NCBI GenBank assembly: GCA_030390025.1
Contig: CM059432.1
Span: 103,046,001-103,110,000 of the forward strand
From: Squalus acanthias
Taxonomy: Eukaryota
Direction: 5' to 3'
DNA: 64,000 nt
The notes beneath the pieces are model-generated. The model had not been told where the DNA came from and searched no databases. It saw nothing but the letters and a program-made list of their open reading frames with translations. Positions 13,110 through 26,429 of the stretch are shown here, piece by piece. The translations under genes and the position numbers were made by a program. The stretch's first letter is position 1, and each line of letters begins with the position of its first letter.

Positions 13110-13279
13110 ATAGTGGGGGGGAGGGATACGCTGAGCGGAAATTTAAAAAGTCAAAGAAAAATGAGAAGGCAAAAGTACAGGGTAGCGATAGGGGTAATGA
13201 TAACCAGAGTGTGGCAGGAAGGGATAGAGCGTATACACATAAGAGTGCATCAGAAAGAGGGGTCAGAGTAGGGAAAAAT

Positions 13280-16030
13280 GGTAAAAAGACAAAATTAAAA
13301 GCTCTATATCTGAACGCACGCTGCATTCATAACAAGATAGATGAGTTGACAGCACAAATAGAAATAAATGGGTATGATCTGATAGCCATTACAGAGACGT
13401 GGTTGCAAGGTGACCAAGGCTGGGAACTGAATATTCAGGGGTATTTGCCATTTTGTAAGGATAGACAGAAAGCTAAAGCAGGTGGTGTAGCTCTGTTAAT
13501 AAGGGATGAGATCAGTGCAGTTATGAGAAATGATATTGGCCTAGAAGATCAAGACGTAGAATCTGTTTGGGTGGATATAAGAAATAATAAGGGTAAAAAG
13601 TCACTGGTGGGAGTGGTCTACAGGCCCCCAAACAGTAGCCACACTCAGGACAGAGAATAAATCAAGAAATAATGGAGGCTTGTAAGAAAGGTACGGCTAT
13701 AATCATGGGAGATTTTTATCTTCATATTGATTGGACAAAGCAAATTGGCAAAGGTAGACTTGAGGAAGAGTTCTTAGAGTGTATACAGGATGGTTTCTTG
13801 GAACAATATGTTGTGGAACCAACCAGGGAGAAGAATATTTTAGATCTGGTAATGTGTAACAAGGCTGGATTAATTAATGATCTCGAAGTGAAGGATCCTC
13901 TTGGGAAGAGTGATCATAGCATGGTAGAATTTCAAATTCAGTGTGAGGGTGAGAAAGCTAGGTCTCAAACTAGTGTCCTGAACTTAAACAAAGGTAATTA
14001 CAAAGGTATGAAGGCAGACTTGGTTAAAGTGGGCTGGGAAAATATATTACAGGGTAAGACTGTAGAAAAGCAGTGGCAAACATTTAAGGAGATATTTCAT
14101 AACTCTCAGCAAAGATATATTCCAGTGAGAAAGAAAGACTCTAAGAGAAGGATGAACCATCCGTGGCTAACTAAGGAAGTAAAGGGTGGTATCAAATTGA
14201 AAACAAAAGCATACAATGTTGTGAAGAATAGTGAAAGGCCAGAGGATTGGAAAACAAATTTAAACCAGCAAAGGACAACTAAAAAAATGATAGAGAGAAG
14301 ATAGCTTATGAGAGTAAGCTAGCAAGAAATATAAAAACAGACAGTAAGAGCTTCTACAGGTATATAAAAAGGAAGAGAGTAGCTAAAGTAAACATTGGTC
14401 CACTAGAGGATGAGTCTGGGGAATTAATAATGGGAAACAGGGAAATGGCGGAGACTTTGAACAAATATTTTGTATCGGTCTTCACGGTAGAAGACACTAA
14501 AAGCATCCCAATAATGGATAATCAAGGGGCTATTGGGGTTGGGGGGGGAACTTAAAATAATCACCATCACTAGAGAGAAAGTACTAGGCAAACTAATGGG
14601 ACTAAAGGTGGACAAGTCCCCTGGACCCGATGGCCTGCATCCTAGAGTCTTAAAAGAGGTGGCTGCAGAGATAGTGGATGCATTGGTTGTAATCTACCAA
14701 AATTCCCTGGATTCTGGAGAGGTCCCAGCAGACTGGAAAACCACAAATGTAACGCCCCTATTTAAGAAAGGAGGGAGCCAGAAAGCAGGCAACTATTGAC
14801 CAGTTAGTCTAACATCTGTCATTGGGAAAATACTGGAGTCCATCATTAAGGAAGTGATGGCAGGACATTTAGAAAATCATAATATAGTCAAGCAGAGTCA
14901 GCATGGTTTTATGAAAGAGAAATCATGTTTGACAAATTTACTGGAGTTCTTTGAGGATGTAATAAACAGGGTGGATAAAGGGGAACCAGTAGATGTTGTG
15001 TATTTGGATTTCCAGAAGGCATTCGATAAGGTGCCACATAAAAGCTTACTACACAAGATAAGAGCTCACGGGGTTGGGGGTAATATATTAGCATGGATAG
15101 AGGATTAGCTAACTAACAGAACTGTAACTAGTGGGGTGCCGCAACTATTTACAATCTATATTAATGACTTGGATAAAGGGACCGAGTATAATGTAGCCAA
15201 ATTTGCTGATGATCCAAAGATAGGTGGGAAAGCAAATTGTGTGGAGGACGCAAAGAATCTCCAAAGGGATATAGATAGGCTAAGTGAGTGGGCAAAAATC
15301 TGGCAGATGGAGTTTAATGTGGGAAAATGCGAGGTTATCCACTTTGGTAGGAAAAATAAAAAAGCAAATTATTTTTTAAATGGGGAGAGATTACAAAATG
15401 CTGAGGTATAGAGGGATCTGGGGGTCCTTGTACATGAATCACAAAAAGCCAGCATGCAGGTACAGCAAGTAATTAGGAAGGCAAATGGAGTGTTGGCCTT
15501 TATTGCAAAGGGAATGGAGTATAAAAGTAGGGAAGTCCTGTTACAACTGTACAGGGCGTTGGTGAGACCACACCTGGAGTACTGCGTACAGTTTTGGTCT
15601 CCTTATTTAAGGAAGGATATACTTGCATTGGAGGCAGTTCAGAGAAGGTTCACGAAGTTGATTCCGGAGATGAAGGGGTTGTCTTATGAAGAAAGTTTGA
15701 GCAGGTTGGGCCTATACTCATTGGAGTTTAGAAGAATGAGAGGGGATCTTATTGAAACATAAGGGGCTTGACAGGGTAAATGCAGAAAGGATAATTCCCC
15801 TCGTGGGGGAATCTAGAACTAGGAGGCATAATTTCAGAATAAGGGGAAACCCTTTTAAATCGGAAATCAGGGGGAATTTCTTCTCTCAGAGGGTCGTGAA
15901 TCTTTGGAATTCTCTTCCCCAGAGAGCTGTGGAGGCTGGGTCATTGAATATATTTAAGGTGGAGATAGACAGATTTTTGAACGATAAGGGAGTCAAGGGT
16001 TATGGGGAGCGGGCAGGGAAGTGGAGTTGA
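13280..16030 (+). pseudogene. CR1 ORF2 (APE endonuclease and RT), disrupted
   Basis: YLNAR, ITETWL, GDF, SDH, LDFQKAFDKVPH and FADD motifs spread over several broken ORFs. Confidence 0.93.
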
Positions 16031-16125
16031 GGCCAAGATCAGATCAGCCGTGATCTTATTGAATGGCGGAGCAGGTTCGAGGAGCCAAATGATCTACTCC
16101 TGCTCCTACGTCTTATGTTCTTATG

Positions 16126-16545
16126 TACTTATCATTGCCTGGCACTTGTGTGGTGCGAATGTTACTTGCCATTTATCAGCCCAAGCTTGAATGTCATCCA
16201 GGTCTTGTTGCATGCAGGCATGGACTGCTTCATTATCTGAGGAGTTGTGAATGGCACTGAACACTGTGCAGTCATCAGCGAACATCCCCACATCTGACCT
16301 TATGATGGAGAGAAGGTCATTGATGAAGCAGCTGAAGATGGTTGGGCCTAGGACACAGCCCTGAGGAACTCCTGCAGCGATGTCCTGGGGCTGAGATGAT
16401 TGACCTCCAACCACCACAACCATCTTCCTTTGTGTTAGGTCTAACTCCAGCCAGTGGAGAGTTTTCCCCCTGACTCCCATTGACTTCAATTTGACACTCG
16501 GTCAAATGCTGCCTTGTCAAGGGCAGTCACTCTCACCTCACCTAT
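16126..16545 (-). mobile_element. RT fragment of the APE-RT LINE interrupted by CR1
   Basis: GVPQGCVLGP and FADDCTV in ORF 16121-16489. Confidence 0.88.
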
Positions 16546-17002
16546 AGTGTGAGGTGAGAGTGAGGTGACTACAGTGTGATGTACTGGCTATTAAATTTTT
16601 GATCCAACAACGGTTGAATGGACATATGCTTAAGCATTAACTTCCATTTATCATTAATGTATGAGGCAATAAATGTCTCCTGGGCTGATTAAATGCCGAA
16701 GTTACAGACCAAAACATTCAATCAACTGCAGGAGCCATTTCTTGTGAAAGGCATTCCTGATGAGGAGGTTATTGCTGTTATATTTTAGTCATCAAGAGCA
16801 TTTTTTCATATAATAATATTTGAAAGGTTGAGGAAGTATAAAATATAATCTGTAGATGGCTGTAAGACCTAATTCACATGTTGTAACTGGATAATGCCAG
16901 TGTCCTGACTCCAATTGCATGCCTTTTGTTCAGTTTAATTCTGCATATCACAGATTAGCTTGTGACCATGTGACCCAGTCCATGGGGCATAATGGGTCCA
17001 AG

Positions 17003-17260
17003 GCACTAGTTCGAAGAAGAGTAGGGGAGTTATCCCCGGTGTCCTGGCCAATATTCATCCCTCAAACAACATAACAGAAACAGTTTATCTGGTCATTATC
17101 ACATTGCTGTTTGTGGGAGCTTGCTGTGCGCAAATTGGCTGCTGCGTTTCCCACATTACAACAGTGACGACACTCGAAAAAGTACTTTGTTGGCTGTAAA
17201 GTGCTTTGAGATGTCCGGTGGTTGTGAAAGGTGCTATATAAATGCAAGTCTTTCTTTCTT
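17003..17260 (+). mobile_element. 5'-truncated Deu-type SINE
   Basis: Closely matches the 3' half of the SINE at 25835-26278. Confidence 0.75.
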
Positions 17261-17317
17261 TCTAGTTAGTAAGTGTACTAAACTGTCTATAAGGCCTGAT
17301 GATGAGCTAGATGCAGA

Positions 17318-17960
17318 GGCCCTGATTTTAAAGGGGGCGGAGGGGGTGAGGTACCGTACGCGAGCCGCAAAGCGGGCGGTGCACTCGGAGAGTCCGGGGA
17401 TGTGGAGACCTGGCAGATATTAATGGCAGGGCCTCATTTACATAAATATTCCCGGAGTCCCACCCCGAACCTGGCCAGATCCACTACCTGGCCGGTGGGC
17501 GGCTGCGGCAATTTGGCGGCAGGAGACCACAGCCGGGAGCCCATGGGAATGGTCCCCAGTAGTCAGTTGATGGGGGTGGGGGGGGGGGAGCTCTGGCCAC
17601 GATCAGGGGTAGGGGGGGAGTGGAAGCAAGGGAGGCCCAAAGCTTCCTTGTGAATGCAGGAGGAGCACTCTTACCTGCTAAGCCTTTTCTGGTCCACGAT
17701 CCAGCTCTCGGTAGGTATGGCCTGACAGGCAAGTCATCACTGCTCCCCCGCTCAGGCCTTTGACTTAAATTGCAGATCAGGTCCAGATGACATAATCGGA
17801 CTCGATGTGCATATTTAAAGAAGGACCCCGCTTCCTTCCTGCGGGTGTCTCACTCGCCTGTTCAAAAGAGCAGGTTAAGATCAGGACACGGAGGGAAGGC
17901 AGTGGGATCAGAGGGAAAGGGGGTAAGTGACTGGCCTCATTTTAACTGCCCACCACCCGG
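17318..17960. repeat. Probable degenerate GC-rich MITE
   Basis: Internal inverted symmetry (GATTTTAAAG..; ATTTACATAAAT/ATGTGCATATTTAAA); ends uncertain. Confidence 0.4.
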
Positions 17961-18487
17961 TTTCTGTCTTTGATGGAATCTGCATTACCTGGCAGCCCCC
18001 TCTCAAAATTGTCAACACTGAACTGGTTAATTGCAGAAAAAGAGCTGCTTCTACATCGAATGAGCTCCAGCTCAGCGAGTGATCTAATTCCGACCTGGCT
18101 GTTCTGCATTCCCCCATTGGAGAGCCACTGCACCTTTCTCTGAAAATTCATCAATAAGTCTTAACAAGCAATAGCATATTTTCAAAAAATGCATTACCAA
18201 TTTTACTAACTTTTTTCGGTCGAAACAGAGTAGCACAGAAAAGTTAAAAAAGTGGTGTTTCTACTTATCTTCTGCTATCCCACCTGTTGTAAACACTCAT
18301 CTCTGCTGTCATTGCCATTAAACAATAGTGGATAAGAGCTCCCTATGTCTTTCAAATATGTTCCAAAACATTTCTGTTTGTTTTGCTACTCACTTGATAA
18401 AGAAGAGCTATACCAGTGACAGCATACATGGAATCAATTCAATATCAGTATGGGTTTTGAATTGGTTCAATTTGATTTAAATCTTAA

Positions 18488-19255
18488 GGGGGAAAAATTG
18501 AGTCGCGCCCCCTTTGGGGTGTTAACTTCGCCGGGGCGCTACTTTTAGAGCCCCGAAAAAGTTAGCGCCCCCGCGGCCGAAATTCATCGGTAGTGCCCCA
18601 ATAGGGAAGCGGGGCGCTACTGGAAGCGGCCCGCCTCCCTCTTGGGGCGCTGCACGGGAATATCGCAGTGCTACGTGCTGCAGCGCCACGCAGCATTGCG
18701 GCACGTAACGGTACTGCAGGCCTTCCTCCCTTCTTAAAGGGGAGGGGCCTTGCACAGCGCGATCTGGGGCCCAGCTGGGCCACCAGGGATTGGAGTGCTG
18801 GCAAAAGAGCCCGGCACTCAAGAGAAGTGCCAGGCTCATGGAGCACAGCCGGCACTCTGTGGGGGGGCTGGTCAGGAGGCCGGGGACGGCAACGGGGGCA
18901 GGTGCTGGCAGGCGGCCCGCAACAAAAGTGGCCGCCCGGCACCTCGCCTTTAATTAGCGCCGCTCCGGCAGCAGGTAGGCCCCCCTGACCCCGTCGGACA
19001 TAGTGTCCGGCAGTAAGTCAGGGGGCGCTACCGAAGATCGCGGCCGGGTCGCGAGCAGAGCGCTGTGCACGACGATGACGTCATCGCCGTCGGCGCAGCA
19101 CCGCGGGGCGCTAACGGTTACCACCGCCGCTAACTTCCCGCTGAATTTCACGGGAGGCATTGGCGGCCCCGCGCCTGGGCGCTAGTTGCTTTGCGCCCCG
19201 TTAGCCCCCTCTTAGGGCGCTAACATAAGTGCAAAGCAACCGAATTTTTAGGCCC
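18488..19255. mobile_element. Harbinger MITE sharing ends with the autonomous copies
   Basis: GGGGGAAAAATT end; subterminal sequences match the ends of 42053-46286 in reverse orientation; paralog at 37239-37903. Confidence 0.85.
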
Positions 19256-20145
19256 TTGTGTTTTAATTGCTGAAGCTCAAGCTGTCTTAACATGGGACAG
19301 AAAAATTGAACAATTAAGCAGGAAAAAACTATTAATTTATGTATTAGGTTATTTTTTTAATCAGTGGTATTTTAACTCCTTTTATGCTGTCACAAGCAGA
19401 CAATGAATAATCTTCTTTATGTCTCCATGAGTTCCTATTCATGAATACTAAAGCAGGGATGTTCTCTTTTCTCACAACATGGAATCCCCAATGGAAGTTG
19501 CTATGACCTATGAGAATGTTGTCCAACTGCCGATCATGAGCATTAAATTGGCTTGTATGCTGGTGACATTTCAGCTTCCACAGGTGATGCTCACAACTCA
19601 ATGTTATACTTATTGGTCCTGGTGGAATCCTGCACCAGGGGGAAAAATTCAGTTAGTTTGCGCCTCCCGTTAGCGCCTTAAGAGGGCGCTAATGGGAAAA
19701 GCAACTAGCGCCCGGGCACGGCGATATCTGCGCCACTCGCGAAATTGACCAGACATTTTGCGGCGGCGCTAAGCAAAACCGCCCCGATCTCCTGCGCCGG
19801 CAGATCTTGACGTCATTCGAGCGTGCAACGCCCCTGTGGCGCCCTGGAGCGGATATTGAGTGGCGCCCCCCTCCTTTCCGCCTGGCGCAAGCAACGACAG
19901 GTAGACTGAAACGTTTCCCAGTCGCTGTGGGGCTGGGGGGGGTGCTATTTAAACGCGGTCTCTTCCTGGCTTTTTCTGTGGTAGACATTTTTGCGCCACT
20001 CGTTCTGACAGAGAGAGAGATTCTGAGAGAGAGAAGGAGAGACTTCTGCATAGAGTCAACGCTGTGTGAAGTAGTTTTGGCTACTGAGCATCACTTTGCA
20101 GGTACTTTTGTTTTTGACCTTCATTACTTTGATTGCCAATAGACT

Positions 20146-21294
20146 GTGGGGGCTGCACTGATTGGGGGCGTCGTCCTGTGCCGGCAGATTCGGAGGCCAC
20201 AGAGACGCAGAGAGAGAGTGGCAATCATGGCCAGACGGAGGAGGGCCAACAGGCCTCTGTACAGGAGACCTTACTCTCCCAGGGTATTTCGCCAACAATT
20301 CTCCTACATTAATATATCTGAGGAGCAATGTTTGCGAAGGCTGCGCTTCAGCAAGGAGGTGGTCACTAAGCTCTACCACCTGCTGCAGCCAGATCTGCAG
20401 CCTCTACTGAGGTCCAGGACATCTCTGACGGTGGCAGTGAAGATCACAGTGGCTCTGAACTTTTATGCCACCAGCTCCTTTCAAGCAGCTACTGGGGACA
20501 TCGCCAATATCTCCCTATTCTCTGTCCATTGCTGCATCCATCAGGTCACAAATGCCCTCTATAAAAGGAGACGCCAGTACATCTCTTTCCCGATGACCCG
20601 GGCCAAACAGCATGACCGCGCATTGGGCTTTGCGAGGATAGTGGGCTTCCCCATGGTGCAGGGTGCCATTGACTGCACACATGTGGCATTGCGTGCACCG
20701 CATGAGAATGCAGAGGATTTCCGCAACCGAAAGGGATTCCACTCCCTAAACGTCCAGTTGGTCTGTGACCACAGACAGCTGATACTCGCTGTCAATGCCC
20801 GCTATCCTGGAAGCAGCCACGATGCATTCATCCTACGCCAGACTACTGTGGCAGACCTTTTCCAGGCACCGCATCACCCAAGTGGTTGGCTTCTCGGGGA
20901 CAAAGGTTATCCACTGTGCACCTGGCTGATGACACCGCTCCGTTCCCCCAACACCCCTGCTGAGCTGCGGTACAACGTGAGCCATCTCGCCACCAGGAAC
21001 ATTGTTGAGCACACAATCGGCGTGCTCAAGCAACGGTTCCACTGTCTGGACCACTCAGGAGGAGCCCTGCAGTACTCGCCTGAGCGAGTCTCCCTCTTCA
21101 TAGTTGTGTGCTGCATGCTGCATAACCTGGCAATCCTCAGGACCCAGCCAATGCCAACAGGCCTTGGAGCACCACCAGAGGAGCAGGAGGAAGAGGAGGA
21201 GGATGATCAGCAGCAGCACCAAGGCGGGAGGGAGGCCCACAATCTTGAAACTGGAAGGGCCGTCCGTCAACGGCTGATAGCAAGCCACTTCTAG
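20146..21294 (+). CDS. Harbinger (HARBI1-like) DDE transposase; start codon is GTG here versus ATG in copy 2
   Basis: Open 382-aa frame with GAIDCTH, GDKGY and IVEHTIG catalytic motifs. Confidence 0.85.
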   Translation: MGAALIGGVVLCRQIRRPQRRRERVAIMARRRRANRPLYRRPYSPRVFRQQFSYINISEEQCLRRLRFSKEVVTKLYHLLQPDLQPLLRSRTSLTVAVKITVALNFYATSSFQAATGDIANISLFSVHCCIHQVTNALYKRRRQYISFPMTRAKQHDRALGFARIVGFPMVQGAIDCTHVALRAPHENAEDFRNRKGFHSLNVQLVCDHRQLILAVNARYPGSSHDAFILRQTTVADLFQAPHHPSGWLLGDKGYPLCTWLMTPLRSPNTPAELRYNVSHLATRNIVEHTIGVLKQRFHCLDHSGGALQYSPERVSLFIVVCCMLHNLAILRTQPMPTGLGAPPEEQEEEEEDDQQQHQGGREAHNLETGRAVRQRLIASHF

Positions 21295-21477
21295 GCCCCT
21301 GCTGAGGAAATAGCTTCTGCCATTGAGAACAACATGAATGAAACCAACCTGCAACCCCTAAGCCGGCCAAGGCAACAATGATTCCAAAGACCAAACATGT
21401 ACATTTTGAATACAAAAAATTATTTATTTTACAAACTCTGTGTGTCATTTCTTCATGACAAACTAATAGTAAAAAAA

Positions 21478-22756
21478 TCACGGGATTGGGGGTAATATTC
21501 TGGCATGGATAGAGGATTGGCTATCTAACAGAAAGCAAAGAGTTGGGATAAATGGTTCATTCTCAGACTGGCAATCAGTAACTAGTGGTGTTCCACAGGG
21601 GTCAGTGCTGGGTCCCCAACTCTTCACAATCTATATTAACGATTTGGAGGAAGGGACCAAGTGTAACATATCAAAATTTGCAGATGATACAAAGATGGGA
21701 GGGAAAGTAGTGAGTGAGGAGGACATAAAAAACCTGCAAGGGGACATAGACAGGCTAAGTAAGTGGGCAGAGATTTGGCAGATGGAATACAACACTGGAA
21801 AGTGTGAGGTGATGCACTTTGGCAGGAAAAATCCTAGAGCAATTTATTATCTTAATGGCAAGAAACTGGAGAGTACTGAAGTGCAAAGGGATCTGGGGGT
21901 CCTGGTGCACGAAACTCAAAAGGTTAGTATGCAGGTGCAGCAAGTGATTAAGAAGGCAAATGGAATGTTGGCTTTCATTGCTTGGGGGATAGAATATAAA
22001 AATAGGGAGGTATTGCTTCAGTTGTACAAGGTATTGGTGAGACCGCACCTGGAATACTGCATACAGTTTTGGTGTCCTTACTTAAGGAAAGACATCCTTG
22101 CTCTCGAGGCAGTGCAAAAAAGGTTCACTCGGTTAATCCCGGGGATGAGGGGGTGGTCATATGAGGAGAGGTTGGGTAGATTGGGACTCTACTCATTGGA
22201 GTTCAGAAGAATGAGAGGCGATCTTATTGAAACATATAAGATTGTGAAGGGGTTGGATCGGGTGGATGCGGGGAGGATGTTCCCGATGACGGGTGAGACG
22301 AGAACTAAGGGACATAGTCTTAGAATAAGGGGCTGCTCTTTCAAAACTGAGATGAGGAGGAACTACTTCACTCAGAGGGTGGTAGGTCCATGGAATATGC
22401 TGCCACAAAAAGCTGTAGAAGCTACAACATTAATTAAATTTAAAACAGAAATAGACAGTTTCCTGGAAGTAAAGGGCATTAAGGGTTACGGGGAGCGGGC
22501 AGGAATTTGGACATGAGTCTAGGTTCGGATCGGTCATGGCCCTGTGGGTAGTGGAGCGGGCCCAGGGACTGTGTAGCCTGATTCTGCTCCTATTTCGTGT
22601 GTGCAATTCTGTTAGATGCAGGAGATGGTTCTGTGATAGATAGTAGATTGGCAGTTAGGATCAGATCAGCCATGATCTTATTGAATGGCGGAGCAGGCTC
22701 GAGGGGCCGATTGGCCTACTCCTGCTCCTATTTCTTATGTTCTTATGTTCTTATGT
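21478..22756 (+). mobile_element. 5'-truncated young CR1 LINE (RT C-terminal frame open to 22516)
   Basis: GVPQGSVLGP, FADD and RPHLEYC motifs; TTCTTATG x3 tail. Confidence 0.93.
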
Positions 22757-22948
22757 AAAGAAACACAAAAAAACAGTCATTAACATAACTGGTTCTGACA
22801 ACCTGGAGATAATGTCCAAAGCACTAAACAAAAGTTTTACCACGAACCTTAGCCTTTAATAAAAAATTGACAAACATTTTGTCACACCTCCTACTTATTG
22901 CCCTTCGAAGGTGATCTCCTTCCCTTGCGCACTTCCCCCCTTCCCGCC

Positions 22949-24686
22949 CTACTGCTCCTCCATAATGGGGCCCCAGTGGCTGCAGCAAGGCTGATTGTCA
23001 GAACCTGAGACTGCAGATGCCCTTGAAGGACAGCCTCGACCAGCTCTGGGCCTGGAGGGCCCAGCTGCAGACTGCACCAACTCTGCATGGGCGGCAGAAG
23101 TCTGGCCTATAGGCGGTGGCAAGTGCAATGGAGAAGTGACAGTGGTGGCAGCAGGAATGCTGTCATCTTGAGAGAGGACAGCAACTCCCTGCTCGACCGA
23201 CACACTGGCACTCCCACGGGGCAGCACTTCAGCATCCGGAGCAATCTGCTGGAGCACAGATTGCTGGCCTGCTGCGGCGCGGTGAGAGCCCCGTGGAAAT
23301 GTGTCCGAACCAGCGAGAATGGCAGCAGTCAGTGCTTGCATGACCTCAATCTGAGTCTGCATGAGAGCAGTCTGAGATGGGGTCATGGCAGCCAGTGACT
23401 GAATTGCAGCACTAAGCTTTAGCGTGGCATTTGCCTGTGCTACAGCGAAGTGCTCCACACTCCTTGCCAGTGATTCAATGCATTCGGGCACCCTTCCCAC
23501 TGCACCCATGAGCTCAGTGTGCATGTCCACCGCCTGGGTGTTCATTTCAGCGATGAGCCGCTCCTCCTCTGCGTCCAGTGCAGCAGGACTCGCTGGCCTA
23601 CTCTCCCTCCGGGGAGAAGGCCCCCGAACTTCCCTACCCCCATGGCGTTGCTGCAGCCCACTGGGTCCTGGAGCTTCACCCTCATCAGACCCTTCCCCCC
23701 TGCTCCCCTCCAGGGAAGGCGTGTTCCCAGTGTGGACATGGGCTTCCTCGGGAGAGGGTGGCGCTGATGCTCCGGCTTCATCTTCCTCCTCGCCTGCAGC
23801 TTCACTCCCACTGGCAGCTTGAGGGCCTGTCTCCTCAGCTGGTGAATCACCATCTGAAAGCAGGGAGATACAAGAGTGGCTTTAGCGTGAGGACAGGGGG
23901 GCAGTAAGGGATGAATGAGTGCAGCGATTTAGTAAGTTGGATTGAAAGTGTCAAAGGCTGGTGTTGTGAGGGACAAGTGGAAGGAGAGAGGAGAAAAAGG
24001 TGATCACCTTACCATTGCTGTCCAGAACGGGGTCGGCCTCTCCAGGGGCGACGGGACCGATCACCTGGCTTGCCACAATCCTGTGGACGCGCTCCTAAAG
24101 ATTGCTGAGGGGTTGCAGCTGAGGCCGCCCTCCACCCGTCCGTTGCTGCTGTCTCCTATTATGAGATAGCTTGGCCTGCAAGAAAAAGGACGGCGTCTGA
24201 GTAAATATACAGCCATGGTCTTGCCTGATGTGCCTCCCATAATTGAATAGCCCTTACTGTATGCAGCCATGGTCTTGCCTGATGTGCCTCCCATAGGTGA
24301 ATAGCCCTTACTTTATGCAAAGTGTGGAATGTGCATGTGTGTTTCATGAGAGGGCCATAGGTGTTGGATGAGTGTTGGGCATTGGGGTTTTAAGACCCTC
24401 TGGCCATAGAGTGAGGTTGAGATGGAGGGATTGAAAAAAAGCCACTCACCCTGATGACCCGAGTGAAGTCGTTGAACTTTTTTCGACATTGAGTATGGGT
24501 CCTGGGCACCATGCTCCTAGAGGAGACGCTCTGAGCCACCTCCCTCCACACTCTTCTGTATTCGCGCGGCAAAGGCCTCCTGCCACTCTCAGGGAAGAGT
24601 GTAGATCTTCTGCGCTCCACCGCGCCAACCAGAGCATCCAAGGCCCGCTCGCTGAAGCACTGAGCTCGTTCTCTCACCCTCTCCAT
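22949..24686 (-). CDS. Harbinger Myb/SANT-like DNA-binding protein, 3 exons (24450-24686, 24013-24175, 22949-23853)
   Basis: Trihelix-like W..VA..QCRKKFND motif. GT-AG introns are phase-consistent and exon 1 and 2 lengths (237, 163 nt) equal those in copy 2. A small deletion alters the extreme C-terminus. Confidence 0.8.
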
Positions 24687-25834
24687 AGTCCTTGGCTGGA
24701 AGATTTAGGCACAGGTCTCTCCAGGCCGAGACTCAAGGCTCCAATGAGCAGGGTGTGGCTGGAGAGCAAGATCGACCCTCCACTTTAAGAACTGTCCGGC
24801 GCCAGTGTGTCTGTGTTCCATCGCTAACTGACAGCACCTGCGCTGCACCCGCGCTCTGAGTTAGCGCCTCGCTCCTCGGCCTTTGCGCCTTAAGACAGGT
24901 GTGTAGCGCCTGATTTAGCGCTCCAATCACCTCCAGGGGCGATAAAAGTCAAGTTTGCAGTCGGAGGCGATAATTAGTGCCAGGCGCTAAATTTTGCACA
25001 CGGCCGATAATGGCGCCCCAAACGGTGCGATACTGAATTTTTCCCCCAGTGAACTTTGTTGATGGAATTTGTACAAAGTAGTACACTATTAATTCATCTT
25101 TTAAAAATAAATGTAAAAAGTTGTGTTTTATTTATCATTTCAAGTCTCAGCTACATCAACAGCTGATGGACGTTACACTTGGACGCAAGTAATTAGTGAA
25201 AATTTCACACTTTAACAGAGAAAGACTCAGCCTGCAGCTCCATACATTAGAAAAGATCCAGCTGGCGATTGCTGGAGCACAACCAAGTCATTGGAGGGTA
25301 TAAAAAGGATATTCTTATTCCACTCTATCAAAGGCTTAGCGAATCTCCTTGAGTTGTCATATGATATTCTGTGTTTAATTAAAAAAAACGACCTCATCTG
25401 AGCTAATAATTTAATTCCACACTTTGTTTCCATCCTTGTGGCCAACATACTCAACTGTACTTAGATGAAAAATTGTTCCATATATCAGTCTAGATTCTGT
25501 GTTTACTCTGCAGGTGTGATTGGCAATTTAATTGCAAATTAACTGCCAAAACAAACAAAGATTTCACGTGTGAAAATCAAAAAGTTACTAACTCACTTGT
25601 GTGAAATGGTCAGCGGCAGCATGAGGTGTTCATAACTAACAAAATTCTGCCAGAAATCACATGGCCCTGGAATTAATGCTATAACTCATCAGTGAGGTTA
25701 AGTTCCAGGTGGTCTTCCATTCATGCGAAACACTGTAATTCATTGGTTATGAAGCTTTCACATCTGTAAAAGAACTGCTATTACTCACCAATCCTCAATG
25801 AAATCTTTTCACTTCAAACTACAGATGTTAATGT

Positions 25835-26278
25835 GTCAGATGTGGCTCAGTTGGTAGCACACTTGCCTCTGAGTCAGAAGGTTGTGGGTTCATGTCCCAC
25901 TCCAGGGACTTGAGCACATAAAGCTAGGCTGACACTCCAGTGGAGTGCTGCACTGTTGGAGGTGCCGTCTTTCGGATGAGACGTTAAATGTCTGCTCTCC
26001 CAGGTGGACGTAAAAGATCCCATGGCACTATTTCGAAGAAGAACAAGGGAGTTATCCTCGATGTCCTGGCCAATATTTATCCCTCAACCAACATAACAAA
26101 AACAGATTATCTGGTCATTATCACATTGCTGTTTGTGGGAGCTTGCTGAGAGCAAATTGGCTGCTGTGTTTCCCACATTACAACAGTGACTACACTTGAA
26201 AAAGTACTTCATTGGCTGTAAAGCGCTTTGAGACGTCCGGTGGTCATGAAAGGCGCTATATAAATGCAATTTTTTTTT
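25835..26278 (+). mobile_element. tRNA-derived Deu-type SINE (SacSINE1-like)
   Basis: A box TGGCTCAGTTGG, B box GGTTCATGTCC, central domain and TATAAATGCAA tail. Confidence 0.78.
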
Positions 26279-26429
26279 AATGCAGCTATCTTCCACTCCT
26301 ATACAATTCAACATTAATATTTCACACCACAGAGAGTAAATAATCCTATCACATGCTTGTGAAGACATCAAGAAGCTGTGCTGTGCCTACAGCCTGCACA
26401 ACAGAGGTCTTCACTATAGATACCAGCGA

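Larger units (their letters stand above)
11701..16125 (+). mobile_element. Near full-length CR1 LINE
   Basis: 5'UTR, esterase ORF1, APE-RT ORF2 and a 3'UTR hairpin ending in (TTCTTATG)n. Confidence 0.93.
19639..25046 (+). mobile_element. PIF/Harbinger DNA transposon copy 1 (two convergent genes; CR1 inserted between them)
   Basis: GGGGAAAAATT terminal inverted repeats with probable CAG target-site duplication; transposase and Myb-like genes. Confidence 0.92.

Noticed and set aside
25227..25454. Possible host exon in unique AT-rich DNA
   Set aside because: No recognisable domain and no GT donor at the end of the frame.
25835..25905. tRNA gene
   Set aside because: The tRNA-like head continues into a SINE body and tail and lacks a clean cloverleaf and terminator.
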